Assembly: GCA_963921275.4 (NCBI GenBank)
Contig: CAWUFA030000005.1
Span: forward strand, 1 to 42,313
DNA length: 42,313 bases
Source of the DNA: an uncultured Hormoscilla sp.
GTDB taxonomy: Bacteria; Cyanobacteriota; Cyanobacteriia; Cyanobacteriales; Desertifilaceae
Direction: 5' to 3'
The notes under the pieces were generated by a model. It was given only the letters and a program-made list of their open reading frames with translations. It had not been told where the DNA came from and searched no databases. Positions 33,451 through 42,313 of the stretch are shown in pieces; positions within the stretch are counted from its first letter, which is position 1; the number at the start of each line of letters is the position of its first letter. The position numbers were made by a program, and so were the translations under genes.

Positions 33451-34869
33451 ATGCTCGACTTCGTCAAACGCATTTTCAATCGGGAAGCGGTTCCGGCTGA
33501 TCAACAACAGTCGTGGTCTGGCAACGCGATATACGGCGGGTATGTTCAGTATCGTGAAAAAGATGGGCGGCTTTCCACACACGAGAACCGTTACCGTCTG
33601 TTTGACGATATGTTGTCGAACATCGGGATCATCTCGGCTGGGATTAAACACGGGCAAACACTTGCAGGTCAACCGGCCTGGTCTATCGAAAAAGCTGAAG
33701 CCGATGATGGAGAATACGCGGCTCGGGTATCCCAGGCCCTGTTTGAGGATCCGGCGACGCCGTGGCCGCAAGTAGTCCAAGACTTGTACTTATCAAATTA
33801 TTACGGGTTCGCCGTTCTGGAATGGACCGCTCGCCGCGCCAATGATGGTATCATAACTTTTGACCGATTCAGCCGCGTTGCGCCTTATTCACTAGAACGC
33901 TGGGATGTTACCGACACAGGTGAAGTCGTGGGTATGGTGCAGAGAGACCCGCAATACTCTCGGTATATCTATTTGCCGAGAGATAAAGTTGTTTATATAT
34001 CGGATCGATCCCTTGGCGGCGGGCCTGACGGAATGCCTATGGCTCGGCTTCTTGTTGAACACGCTGAATTGCATCGGCACTATGTCGAATTACAGGCGGC
34101 GGCATTTGACGGCAATTTGAACAGCCCGCTAGTAGGAAAGGCCCCGCTCAGTGAATTGCGTGAAGCCGCCCTGATAGATGCCGATCCAGTTGCGTCTATT
34201 GAAGCACAAGTTCAGGGCGCGTTAACTGCTGCTGTTGATCCCTTAAGAAAAATCGTGGCAGCGAAATCCAGGCAACCCGACACAGGTATCGTTATGGATT
34301 CGGCAACATATAAAAACCAGGTTGCAAACAGTGATGCCGAATCCACTTCTTCAATTCGCAAATGGGACATTGAACGAATCAAGTCGGACGCAACAGCTTT
34401 TGATGAAATCGGCAGAGCCATCGAAGCGACCGAGTGGAGAATGGCCGCCATTATGGGCGTAGAAGGTCTTATGACTGGAAAGGGAGGAAGCGGTTCGTTG
34501 GCGTTGTCAAAAGACAAATCGAATACGTTCTTTATCAAAACAAACGCAGCGTTAAAATCAATGGCACGCGCCGTGAATAACGATCTAGTTCAAAGACTGT
34601 TTCAATTGAATGGGTGGGACGAAGTCTACCGACCGACAGTGCGAGTCGAGAACCTTCGTTTCTACGATGCTAGTGCACACGCGGCAACTCTTCGGGACCT
34701 TGCACAGGCTGGAATCATGGAAGCCGACCTGGAAGAACAAACGAAAATACTTTCGCATATTAATAGAGATTTTGGCCTTGATGCGGAATCAGAAAAATCA
34801 GAAAAACCGATTCCTTCATGGGAAACGATGCCGCTTATTCTTCCAGAACCTGGAGGCATTGACCGTTGA
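33451..34869 (+). CDS. Portal protein (DUF935-like)
   Basis: YGFAV.EW, G....Q.......YLPR.K, GSLALS.DK and L..LNGW motifs; size and position. Confidence 0.85.
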   Translation: MLDFVKRIFNREAVPADQQQSWSGNAIYGGYVQYREKDGRLSTHENRYRLFDDMLSNIGIISAGIKHGQTLAGQPAWSIEKAEADDGEYAARVSQALFEDPATPWPQVVQDLYLSNYYGFAVLEWTARRANDGIITFDRFSRVAPYSLERWDVTDTGEVVGMVQRDPQYSRYIYLPRDKVVYISDRSLGGGPDGMPMARLLVEHAELHRHYVELQAAAFDGNLNSPLVGKAPLSELREAALIDADPVASIEAQVQGALTAAVDPLRKIVAAKSRQPDTGIVMDSATYKNQVANSDAESTSSIRKWDIERIKSDATAFDEIGRAIEATEWRMAAIMGVEGLMTGKGGSGSLALSKDKSNTFFIKTNAALKSMARAVNNDLVQRLFQLNGWDEVYRPTVRVENLRFYDASAHAATLRDLAQAGIMEADLEEQTKILSHINRDFGLDAESEKSEKPIPSWETMPLILPEPGGIDR

Positions 34870-35405
34870 CGTTGTCGACCTTCACCATTAACGGAAACGA
34901 ATTCCACTCGTACGCAACCCTTCAGGAAGCCGATGCCTATCTCTCGCTTGACCTGAAGCGAGGCACAAACTGGGCGGGGTTCACGGACGAAGTCAAACAA
35001 CAGCGCCTTGCAGCAGCAAGCCGATTTCTGGATGAATTAAACTGGAGGGGCGAAGCCGAAGACTCAACCAGATCATGGCCCCGAAGGAATATAACAACGC
35101 AAGCAGGAACCCCGATCACTGGAATACCTCAAGCCCTTGCCGATGCGACCGCAGTTCTTGCCGTCAACCTATCAACAGAAACAGAAGACGACGCCGACAT
35201 AAAATCACATTCCGTTGGGGCTGTTCGTTTTGATAGATTCGATAATACTCGAACAACCGAAAAATCCGAGTACTTAAAAACAATTCGTCCCTTGATAGGG
35301 AGTTTTTTGATTCTCAAGTTAAATACCCCGACCGCCTATAACGCGGATGGAGAACCGTTTTATGAAAGCCGAAACCCTTTTGGACGCTCGGAGGGAATCG
35401 CGTGA
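34866..35405 (+). CDS. Head-tail adaptor/connector protein
   Basis: SYATL.EADAYL, K...L..A...LD.L.W.G and WPR motifs. Confidence 0.75.
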   Translation: MTLSTFTINGNEFHSYATLQEADAYLSLDLKRGTNWAGFTDEVKQQRLAAASRFLDELNWRGEAEDSTRSWPRRNITTQAGTPITGIPQALADATAVLAVNLSTETEDDADIKSHSVGAVRFDRFDNTRTTEKSEYLKTIRPLIGSFLILKLNTPTAYNADGEPFYESRNPFGRSEGIA

Positions 35406-36238
35406 ACCTTCAGCAGATTTTTAAACAGGCTGAAGCGTATCAGTTTAATCTTGCGTGGGCCGACATTCCTGAACCGCAACGCGCTCGAATGGTGAAGGCA
35501 TACAGAACAGCACTTATTCGTAAAGCTGAACGGATTCCATGGAGCGGCACCGATGGAGTGAAAGAAGGTGAAGCGTACGAACGAAAACTCAAGCGGGCGG
35601 GATGGACTAGATACAAAAGAGAATTGAAGGAAGCCGTTGACGGTGCACGAGATGGATTAGACGCTTCAAATAGAATTAAAGCGGTCCGACCAATGGACCC
35701 TAACAGTCTTTTGATTAGGAACCATTTCAATGAAATACGAAAAGCAGAACAGGCGGCACTTGCTGATTTTCTTGAAAAACAATTCGGGATTAAGCTGGAT
35801 GGATGGCTGGATGATATCCCGCTTGAAAAAGCGATGCGAAAAAGAATTGCCGAGAACATAGACTTGATTGGAGGCCTGGGAAGGGAAACAAAAAACCGCT
35901 TAAGCAAAAACATATATGAGGCGTTTAAAGAAAATCCATATGACCGAAAAGCCGCAAGGGAGATTTTCGCAACGGACGAGAGGATTGCCGACAACCGACT
36001 TCGTCTTATAACCAGGGATCAGACGAGTAAAGCGATTGGTCAAATTGACCAGATTCAGCAAACAAGTGCGGGCGTGAATAAATATATCTGGCGTACAATG
36101 GATGACGAGCGTGTTCGGCCTTCACATCGTGCCTTAAGTGGACAGGTATTCTCGTGGGATTCACCCCCGCCAGAAGGACACCCGAAGCAACCAATTCAAT
36201 GCAGGTGCTACGCCGAACCAGTCTGGGAAACAGAATGA
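35402..36238 (+). CDS. Head morphogenesis protein (Mu F / SPP1 gp7)
   Basis: LI.RDQT.K, Y.W.T..DERVRP.H..L.G..F.W and HP..PIQCRC motifs. Confidence 0.9.
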   Translation: MNLQQIFKQAEAYQFNLAWADIPEPQRARMVKAYRTALIRKAERIPWSGTDGVKEGEAYERKLKRAGWTRYKRELKEAVDGARDGLDASNRIKAVRPMDPNSLLIRNHFNEIRKAEQAALADFLEKQFGIKLDGWLDDIPLEKAMRKRIAENIDLIGGLGRETKNRLSKNIYEAFKENPYDRKAAREIFATDERIADNRLRLITRDQTSKAIGQIDQIQQTSAGVNKYIWRTMDDERVRPSHRALSGQVFSWDSPPPEGHPKQPIQCRCYAEPVWETE

Positions 36239-36681
36239 CCATACAAGTAAAATTGCCGCAATCTCGAAAGCTGAAAAAGTTCTTTGCCGAGGCTGGATCA
36301 GGCGGCGTGAGTTCTGTAGAGGTCGGTTTCTTTGAGGGGTCTCGCTATCAAGAAACTGGTACACCGGTCACGACAGTGGCAGCCGCAAATGAGTTCGGAA
36401 CACAGCGAGGCATTTTAGAAAGACCCTTTTTCAGAAATGCCGTGAACAGTTTTGACCTTGCCGACTGGTTAGAAGTGAATGTTGATCATCGTAAACTGGT
36501 GATACAGCCGCCCGCTGCTAGAAGGCTCGGATTGACTGTAAAGGCGAAAATCCAGAACAGCATTAGGGAATTAAAAACACCCCCGAACGCCTCGGCCACT
36601 GTTGCTCGTAAAGGATCAAGCAACCCGCTAATCGATACTGGAACATTGATTAACTCAGTCACTTTTAAGATTAACCGATGA
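36235..36681 (+). CDS. Neck/tail completion protein
   Basis: VGF, AAANEFGT, RPFFR and PPNA..T..RKGSS.PLIDTG motifs. Confidence 0.8.
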   Translation: MTIQVKLPQSRKLKKFFAEAGSGGVSSVEVGFFEGSRYQETGTPVTTVAAANEFGTQRGILERPFFRNAVNSFDLADWLEVNVDHRKLVIQPPAARRLGLTVKAKIQNSIRELKTPPNASATVARKGSSNPLIDTGTLINSVTFKINR

Positions 36682-37079
36682 CGAAAAAGCAGATCAACAC
36701 TATTCTCAGCGGGCGGGCTTTTGGTCAACTCAAGGAAACCGCTACTCGTATAAGAACAGGGGAAGGCTCGTATGACCGAAACCGCCGGTATCAACCAGGC
36801 ACCGAAACCCGTGAAGCCTTCGATTGTCGGTCTCAACCTCTATCGGCCAGGGCTCAAGCCGAGGTTCGTGATAACACACCAGCCGGGATTCGTTATGCTG
36901 AAATGCGCCGCTTTTGGGTGAATGACGCGGCGGGCGATTTTCTTATTCCAGGCAAGCCTTCAGGCGAAGGCGCCGACCAGATTGAGTACCGAGGAATTCG
37001 TTACCGGGTGGTGTATGTCGTGGATTTTTCGGACAAGGGGTATATTGAGGCGGTAGCCGCCAGACCGGATGAAGGATAA
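36678..37079 (+). CDS. Head-closure/stopper-like protein
   Basis: G.Y....Y, QPLS and D.I.Y.G..YRV motifs; synteny. Confidence 0.65.
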   Translation: MTKKQINTILSGRAFGQLKETATRIRTGEGSYDRNRRYQPGTETREAFDCRSQPLSARAQAEVRDNTPAGIRYAEMRRFWVNDAAGDFLIPGKPSGEGADQIEYRGIRYRVVYVVDFSDKGYIEAVAARPDEG

Positions 37080-37104
37080 AAAAAGCCCCGCCGAAGCGGG
37101 GCCT
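37078..37104 (-). terminator. Intrinsic terminator of cassette F
   Basis: A7-gccccgc-cgaa-gcggggc hairpin. Confidence 0.8.
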
Positions 37105-37108
37105 CTCC

Positions 37109-37315
37109 TTATTTCTTTAAACACTTAACAGCGGTGGTATAAACTTGTGAGAGTTGATCAACAGTCAAAGCGGGTTGACGTTTTGCAAGGACGGTCAACA
37201 GAGCTTGAAGTGCGTAGGCTTTATATTTTTTAACCTGTTGAAGGGCAAGTAAATAATCAACAGCATCACGGACTTTAACATCGTGTTGATATTGTTTTTG
37301 ATCGTGAAGGTACAT
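37109..37315 (-). CDS. Small hypothetical cassette protein (MYLHDQKQ..., 68 aa)
   Basis: AGGAGA RBS, gcttgagga-aaa-tcctcaagc hairpin leader and cassette promoter. Confidence 0.75.
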   Translation of the reverse strand: MYLHDQKQYQHDVKVRDAVDYLLALQQVKKYKAYALQALLTVLAKRQPALTVDQLSQVYTTAVKCLKK

Positions 37316-37366
37316 TTTTAATTTCTCCTGTGTTTTTGCTTGAGGAAAATCCTCAAGCTTGTATTC

Positions 37367-37405
37367 TATATATAGCACGAGGTGCTCGGAATGTCAACAG
37401 AAAAA
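37367..37405 (-). promoter_or_regulatory. Cassette promoter F
   Basis: 39 nt identical to 23279..23317. Confidence 0.9.
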
Positions 37406-37542
37406 TGAACATTTTTTTAAAAGCGCTTAAAACCAGCAGTCTGCTGATTGTTTCGGCGGGCGTGACTTTTGCCATCGGGTTTATGGCGTGTCATTTTCTG
37501 TTGAAGATTTTCGGCGACGCCCTGTTCGAGTTCTTCACGTGA
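37405..37542 (+). CDS. Small membrane protein
   Basis: Single hydrophobic helix; no clear RBS. Confidence 0.4.
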   Translation: MNIFLKALKTSSLLIVSAGVTFAIGFMACHFLLKIFGDALFEFFT

Positions 37543-37603
37543 AACCGGAAATCGCCGTCATGATGATTTTGGCTTTTGCCGCCGCCCTGGTAGCCTGCTT
37601 CAA

Positions 37604-38125
37604 ATGATCGACCAGATCACCGCCGCCGCCATATATACCGTTGCCGAGGGTTCAGGCCTTGACCTGGACCAGGTCATAAGGGCGAACGAAAATGCCCCGG
37701 CCCCGCGCGGGTTATATTCGACCGTGCTGATTATCAGCGACGGCATTGATGGCACGGGCGTTAACTGGTATCGGGCGGGCGACTCCGCCGTTGCCGCTCA
37801 CACCCGTCTGGTAGGACAGGCGACGGCGTCAGTACAATTCTACAGAACGGGCGCGCATGACGCGGCGCATGGTTTTCGGCAATGGATGGAGTCGACCGCC
37901 GGAATCGAATATATGGAAGCCCGCGGGCTGGCTTTTGATGGCTCTACCGATATCAGAAATCTGGACTTTATCGTTTCCACAGAATACGAAGAACGGGCGG
38001 GACTAGATGTGTCTGTACGGTACGCCGCCATGAGTGAGCGAACGGTCGAGACAATTCAGCAAGTGAACGCGGCCCTGGTTTCAGAACAACCAGAAGCCGC
38101 TATAACGATACGGGGGGATGAATGA
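37604..38125 (+). CDS. Neck/tail terminator protein
   Basis: VI.ANENAP.P, SVQFYR..A and E.EERA..D motifs; upstream of the sheath gene. Confidence 0.75.
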   Translation: MIDQITAAAIYTVAEGSGLDLDQVIRANENAPAPRGLYSTVLIISDGIDGTGVNWYRAGDSAVAAHTRLVGQATASVQFYRTGAHDAAHGFRQWMESTAGIEYMEARGLAFDGSTDIRNLDFIVSTEYEERAGLDVSVRYAAMSERTVETIQQVNAALVSEQPEAAITIRGDE

Positions 38126-38289
38126 CCGCCGCTGAAGAAGAATTAATTGACTGGATGAACCACACCGCCGCCCGGGCGGTGCGATGGGTGGAGAGCCCCG
38201 CCGACAAGAACGACAGGCTTCAGATTGTTTCACTGTTTTCGGAATTGAACCGGGCGATAGAAAAACTTGAGGCCGCCGACGGAATTTAA
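38122..38289 (+). CDS. Hypothetical 55-aa protein
   Basis: ATGA overlap with the upstream gene; MTAAEEELIDWMNH... Confidence 0.5.
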   Translation: MTAAEEELIDWMNHTAARAVRWVESPADKNDRLQIVSLFSELNRAIEKLEAADGI

Positions 38290-38362
38290 CGCGGCGAAAT
38301 TATCCTAATAGACCAACCGGGCGCTTCGTGGTACAAGCGGTGAGATTTTCAGGAGAATACGA

Positions 38363-39865
38363 ATGCCAGAAATTTCAGACATCGTAAGAGTGACGGCCCA
38401 AATTGCCGCCCAAGGCGTGCTGCGAAGGGAATTCGGAACAACCCTTTTTGTTTACGAATCAACGGTCGGCGATTCAACTGATGAAGCCGTGATCAGAGGG
38501 GCCCGCGCCCGGGACCTGCGGGTTAATTTCTACTCAAGCGCTAGCGCGGTGAATGACGAATATGTAGACGGGACCGAAGCCCGTGCCGCCGCCGCCATAT
38601 ATTTTCAACAGGTGCCTTTCCCGAAAAACTTCGCCACAGCGGCGGTCTTTCCAACAGGCGCGCCGACGTATGTTCTCGGCGTCGCCGCAAATACGGGAAG
38701 CCTTGCGACAATTATCGGTCTGGGAACCTCTCAGATCATCGTCGCTGGTCAAACTCTGGATGTAGACTTTGCGGTTACAGGCACAGGCGCGACCGGTTTT
38801 AACGCGGTCGCTACCAGATTGCAGGCACAAATTTCGGGAATAACAAATCCCGACCTTTCGGCGGTGACTGTGAATTGGTCAACAGATCACTTCGTCGTCA
38901 CGGTTCCGAACGGGGCCGCAATCAATGGAATAACCGGCCCGGCGGCTACCGCTCTCGGATTCGGGGGAGATACGTATTTTGAGGGAGTCGATGACGAGTT
39001 CACCAGCGAAGGCCTGGAGAGAATTTTGGGTCTGAACAACCAGTGGTATTGGTTGACGGCGGCCCCGTCTATCTGGTCGGACCGGACGAAAGCTCTCGAC
39101 ATTGCAGCCTGGGCGGCCACGCAGGAAATTAGCCTTATTCTTGAAAGCGATGATCCGACTGTTCTTAACGCGAACGAAACTAGTTCAATACCGGCGGCGC
39201 TCTTTGCTCTAGAGTACGACAGGACGTCGGTGATCTGGTCAAGGACGCGCGATTATAAATCGGTGAGTTATGCTGGTCGATTCAGTTCAGTGAATTTTTC
39301 TCAGTCTAATTCTATTATCACGGGCAAGTTCCAAGACCTACCTGGAACCACGCCAGACGAAATAACCCTGACGCAAAAGCGTGAGCTGGATCGGAAGCGG
39401 CTGAATCACTACAGCCCGTACGGTGCCGACTCGATTACGGCGGAAGGTGTGACGCTCAGATCTGGGACGTTCATCGACGTGCGGTATTTCCTGGATTGGT
39501 TGATTAACGCTGTGCAGACCAACGTATATAATCTGCTTCGACAATCGCCGACACGCATTCCACAAACTAGGGACGGCATTGCGGCGATAAACAATACGAT
39601 AACAAGTGTGATGGAGGAAGCGGTTAGAAATGGCGGCATCGCACCCGGTCAACTAACCGAAGCACTTCGGTCCGATGTTGCTCGAACGACAGGCGCACAG
39701 GACTTTGACGGTGCGTTGACGCTCGGCTACTTAATCCACATTGATAGCCTTGCAACGCAACCACAGAGCGACAGGGCTCAGCGTATCGCTCCGCCAGTTC
39801 GTATCTGGATTAAAGGCGCTGGTGCCATTCACTTCGTGAACATATCTATCACCTTCGAGAATTAG
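38363..39865 (+). CDS. Contractile tail sheath protein (DUF3383-like)
   Basis: S.IV.V, YF.Q.P.P, FIDV....DW, IP.T..G, GY.I, R..R..PP and GAIH.V.I motifs. Confidence 0.9.
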   Translation: MPEISDIVRVTAQIAAQGVLRREFGTTLFVYESTVGDSTDEAVIRGARARDLRVNFYSSASAVNDEYVDGTEARAAAAIYFQQVPFPKNFATAAVFPTGAPTYVLGVAANTGSLATIIGLGTSQIIVAGQTLDVDFAVTGTGATGFNAVATRLQAQISGITNPDLSAVTVNWSTDHFVVTVPNGAAINGITGPAATALGFGGDTYFEGVDDEFTSEGLERILGLNNQWYWLTAAPSIWSDRTKALDIAAWAATQEISLILESDDPTVLNANETSSIPAALFALEYDRTSVIWSRTRDYKSVSYAGRFSSVNFSQSNSIITGKFQDLPGTTPDEITLTQKRELDRKRLNHYSPYGADSITAEGVTLRSGTFIDVRYFLDWLINAVQTNVYNLLRQSPTRIPQTRDGIAAINNTITSVMEEAVRNGGIAPGQLTEALRSDVARTTGAQDFDGALTLGYLIHIDSLATQPQSDRAQRIAPPVRIWIKGAGAIHFVNISITFEN

Positions 39866-39874
39866 GAGGGCGGC

Positions 39875-40330
39875 ATGTCTCTGGAATTATCGCTCCGAGG
39901 AGCAACAGTAATAATCGGGGGCCACACGGTCACCGGCTGGGCGGACGAATCGGATGCGTTATCCCTTCCCGCAATCGAGTCCGCCCAGATCACACGGGGT
40001 GCTGATGGCCAATTGATGGCGATGAGCACGGGAAACCAGGGCGGTGAGGTCATGGTCAAACTCCTTGCGACTTCGGTCTCCGCCAGGTACTTTTCCCAGC
40101 GGTTTACCGAACAGGTGCAAGGCGCTCGGTTTGTCTGGGAAGGTTCCATTCGCTACGCCGACAACACCGTGATCAGCTTGAGCCGAGGCGTTCTCAAAAC
40201 TGCACCTTCAGGAATCACGATGGGAACCGGCGAAGTCGCAACACAGGAGTTCGTTTTCGAGTTTGAACAGATCCTGATGAACCGAGACATTGCGGACGTT
40301 TCATCTGCGCCGTCAATACCAGCGGCGTAA
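39875..40330 (+). CDS. Tail tube protein
   Basis: V.IGG..VTGW, GADG and G.V..KLL.TS motifs; follows the sheath gene. Confidence 0.8.
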   Translation: MSLELSLRGATVIIGGHTVTGWADESDALSLPAIESAQITRGADGQLMAMSTGNQGGEVMVKLLATSVSARYFSQRFTEQVQGARFVWEGSIRYADNTVISLSRGVLKTAPSGITMGTGEVATQEFVFEFEQILMNRDIADVSSAPSIPAA

Positions 40331-40345
40331 CCAGGGAGGAGGGGA

Positions 40346-40816
40346 ATGCAAGGCGAAATATTTGAGGAATTAAAAGCCGCTCAATCAAAAGATGATGTCA
40401 AAAACATTCTGGAGAAGTTTAATCAGTCCGAATGGGAAATCGGCGGCACCTGTTTTTATTTTCACAAAATGCCAGCCCTTAAAGGATGGGAGGTTATAGA
40501 ATCAATCCGAAAAGAGTTAGGCCGCACTTCAAAAGGAATGGATGCCGACGCTGGATTCTTAACTTTAATCGCATCACTAGACACGGGGTTCGTCTCTAAT
40601 TTAAGAACAGAGCTTTTTAAATTCGTTAGTTTCGTAAATAAAACTCAGACCAAAACGGCCCCGAATTCCAGACTTGCAGGAATGGAAGATATGGCTTTTG
40701 AAAATCTTCAACCAGTGACGATATATCAGGTTATGTGGAGGAGCCTGATCGTAAATTTTTCCGAGTCTTTTTCCGAGCTAACCTCAAGCTTCCAGGATAC
40801 CGAGGACCTTCATTAA
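40346..40816 (+). CDS. Tail assembly chaperone (G-like)
   Basis: Follows the tube gene; GGAGG RBS; contains a slippery site. Confidence 0.7.
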   Translation: MQGEIFEELKAAQSKDDVKNILEKFNQSEWEIGGTCFYFHKMPALKGWEVIESIRKELGRTSKGMDADAGFLTLIASLDTGFVSNLRTELFKFVSFVNKTQTKTAPNSRLAGMEDMAFENLQPVTIYQVMWRSLIVNFSESFSELTSSFQDTEDLH

Positions 40817-41004
40817 AAGAAACGATAAACATTCCGCCGGTGTTTGCCGGGCTTTTAACAGAAGGCGTAACAACTATGACCGAATTGAAAACGACGATTA
40901 GTTACGACGAGGCCCTTGACCTGAATGAAGCCCTTGCCGTGAAGGCCGCAAACGAAAAGCGGATATCCGATTGGTCCAGGGCTGAAGCGAAGAAGAAAAA
41001 ATGA
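40753..41004 (+). CDS. Tail assembly chaperone -1 frameshift extension (T-like)
   Basis: In-frame A-AAT-TTT slippery heptamer at 40753..40759; -1 frame open to 41004 (T..EL...S..E.LDLNE.L). Confidence 0.65.
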   Translation, partial: KFFRVFFRANLKLPGYRGPSLKETINIPPVFAGLLTEGVTTMTELKTTISYDEALDLNEALAVKAANEKRISDWSRAEAKKKK

Positions 41005-41378
41005 TTACGCTAGCGCACGCCGATCCTGAAGGAACGATCACTGGAGGCGGAGATCTGGAGCTGAATGCGAGCGGCAATATCGAGACTGTTTCTGATCTGG
41101 AGTCAGCCAGGCAAAGAGTTGTTCAACACCTTCGCTGGTGGCGAAACGAGTGGTTCCTGAATTTCCCCGAAGGCGTTCCGTACAGGTCTGAGGTTTTGAC
41201 CCGGCCAATATCGACCGCCCTTGCTTCAGCGATAATCGCCGATGAAATTCGCAAAGTTCCGGATGTGTTAGACGTCAAAAATATTGAGGCGTCGATTAAT
41301 CCCCAGACCAGAACAATGGATTGGCGGGCGAATATCAGTACGCGCTTCGGTGAGACTTTTGTGGAAGTCGGCATATGA
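41001..41378 (+). CDS. Baseplate wedge / gp25-like protein
   Basis: GDL, Q.....L.....EWFL...GVPY, I..V..V..V and T.FG motifs. Confidence 0.8.
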   Translation: MITLAHADPEGTITGGGDLELNASGNIETVSDLESARQRVVQHLRWWRNEWFLNFPEGVPYRSEVLTRPISTALASAIIADEIRKVPDVLDVKNIEASINPQTRTMDWRANISTRFGETFVEVGI

Positions 41379-42313
41379 GAATCGACAGAACCGGAATAAC
41401 CCCGACAGATTTGGCGGGTTATGTAGAGCAAGAGCGGCAACTGTTTCGGACTGTGTTCGGGGATTCTGTTGCGCTTCAAGACGAAACACCTCAAGGACAA
41501 ATTATTGGTATTGACGCCCTTGGTCGGGCGCAAGCCGATGAAGTCGCTGTGTCGATTGCTAACGGCATGAGCCTTGGAACCGCAAGCGGATTTCAGCTCG
41601 ACAATTGGTCGACGCTTCTGTCCATTCCACGCCGCGCCGGTTCCAGGTCAACGGTAGAAGTTCAGCTATCTGGAACACCGGGAACGACCATACCAGCGGG
41701 CACGCAAGCCCGGTCACTGAACAACGCTCAAGTTGTTTTTGAGACTACCGAAGATATTCTGATTCCCGATGCTGAAAATGTCACAAGTGCAACCGCTGTC
41801 GTTACTTTTGAGGCGGGAGACCCAGCCCCAGACGCACAATTGAGAATCGGCGACACGCCAGCCTATGTGTTTACGGATACCGACCCGGTGCCCGCAACAC
41901 CCGCTAACAGGGTTTTAATAGGCGGTGACCCGGCTGAACGAATGGCGGAAGCGATTAACGGGGCGGCCGCCGCATATATTTCTTCTTCAACAACGGCTAA
42001 CGCGCTGGTTACTGCGGCGTACGATTCTTCCAGTCCTAGAAGGATGGTTTTGACGGCGCGGGTTCCAGGAACGCAAGGCAATTTAATTCAACTCACGAGC
42101 AACCACCCGGGTATTATTTTGGACACGCTCAGCCTTGTCGGCGGCGACGATGGTCAAGGCCTGACAACGACAATTATGCAGGCGACCGAAGATGGGCCGA
42201 TTGTTCTTGAACCCGGTGCGTTAGTAGAAATTGTGAACCCGATTACTGGATGGGGTGCTGTATCAAACAGAACAGCCGCAACCCTTGGTCGTCTTCCTGA
42301 AACCGACGCCGAA
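41375..42313 (+). CDS. Baseplate J-like protein, N-terminal part (runs off the window end)
   Basis: ATG at 41375, open for 313 codons; TPQGQII, A.G.QLD, G.PGT.IPAG and ITGW..V.N...AT.GR..ETDAE motifs. Confidence 0.9.
   Translation, partial: MRIDRTGITPTDLAGYVEQERQLFRTVFGDSVALQDETPQGQIIGIDALGRAQADEVAVSIANGMSLGTASGFQLDNWSTLLSIPRRAGSRSTVEVQLSGTPGTTIPAGTQARSLNNAQVVFETTEDILIPDAENVTSATAVVTFEAGDPAPDAQLRIGDTPAYVFTDTDPVPATPANRVLIGGDPAERMAEAINGAAAAYISSSTTANALVTAAYDSSSPRRMVLTARVPGTQGNLIQLTSNHPGIILDTLSLVGGDDGQGLTTTIMQATEDGPIVLEPGALVEIVNPITGWGAVSNRTAATLGRLPETDAE

Noticed and set aside
12871..37405. Repeated ~40-50 nt elements as a CRISPR array or integron attC array
   Set aside because: Copies are kilobases apart, lack regular spacers and match -35/-10 promoter geometry; no cas gene or integron integrase is present
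37539..37607. 22-aa hydrophobic ORF MKPEIAVMMILAFAAALVACFK
   Set aside because: It overlaps both neighbours neatly but is too short to support from sequence alone

Overview
The window looks like one essentially complete, circularly permuted ~42.3 kb tailed-phage genome with a contractile (myovirus-type) tail. The baseplate J gene starting at 41375 runs off the right end and resumes at position 3. The host is probably alphaproteobacterial (inferred from the SSB and the GTA-type holin). No integrase, DNA polymerase, tRNA or CRISPR array was seen. Head, tail, lysis, recombination (YqaJ/ERF/SSB) and replication-initiator genes are present. There are three DNA methyltransferases and a ParB/TAGT-glycosyltransferase/C5-methyltransferase cluster between terS and terL. 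The most striking feature is the architecture. The structural operon is broken into displaced blocks, and six AT-rich cassettes are dispersed through the genome, mostly between these blocks. Each cassette has a shared sigma70-like promoter (with a palindromic spacer in most copies), usually a hairpin leader, an RBS and 1-2 small orphan ORFs antisense to the structural genes; five of the six end in an intrinsic terminator. The XRE regulator's own promoter shares the motif. Other oddities are a scaffold protein with DDTDK-delimited variable peptides, two paralogous acidic DNA-mimic candidates, a nuclease-less HNH paralog, an orphan HsdM and a displaced PAAR gene. All family assignments are by-eye motif recognition, not database searches.
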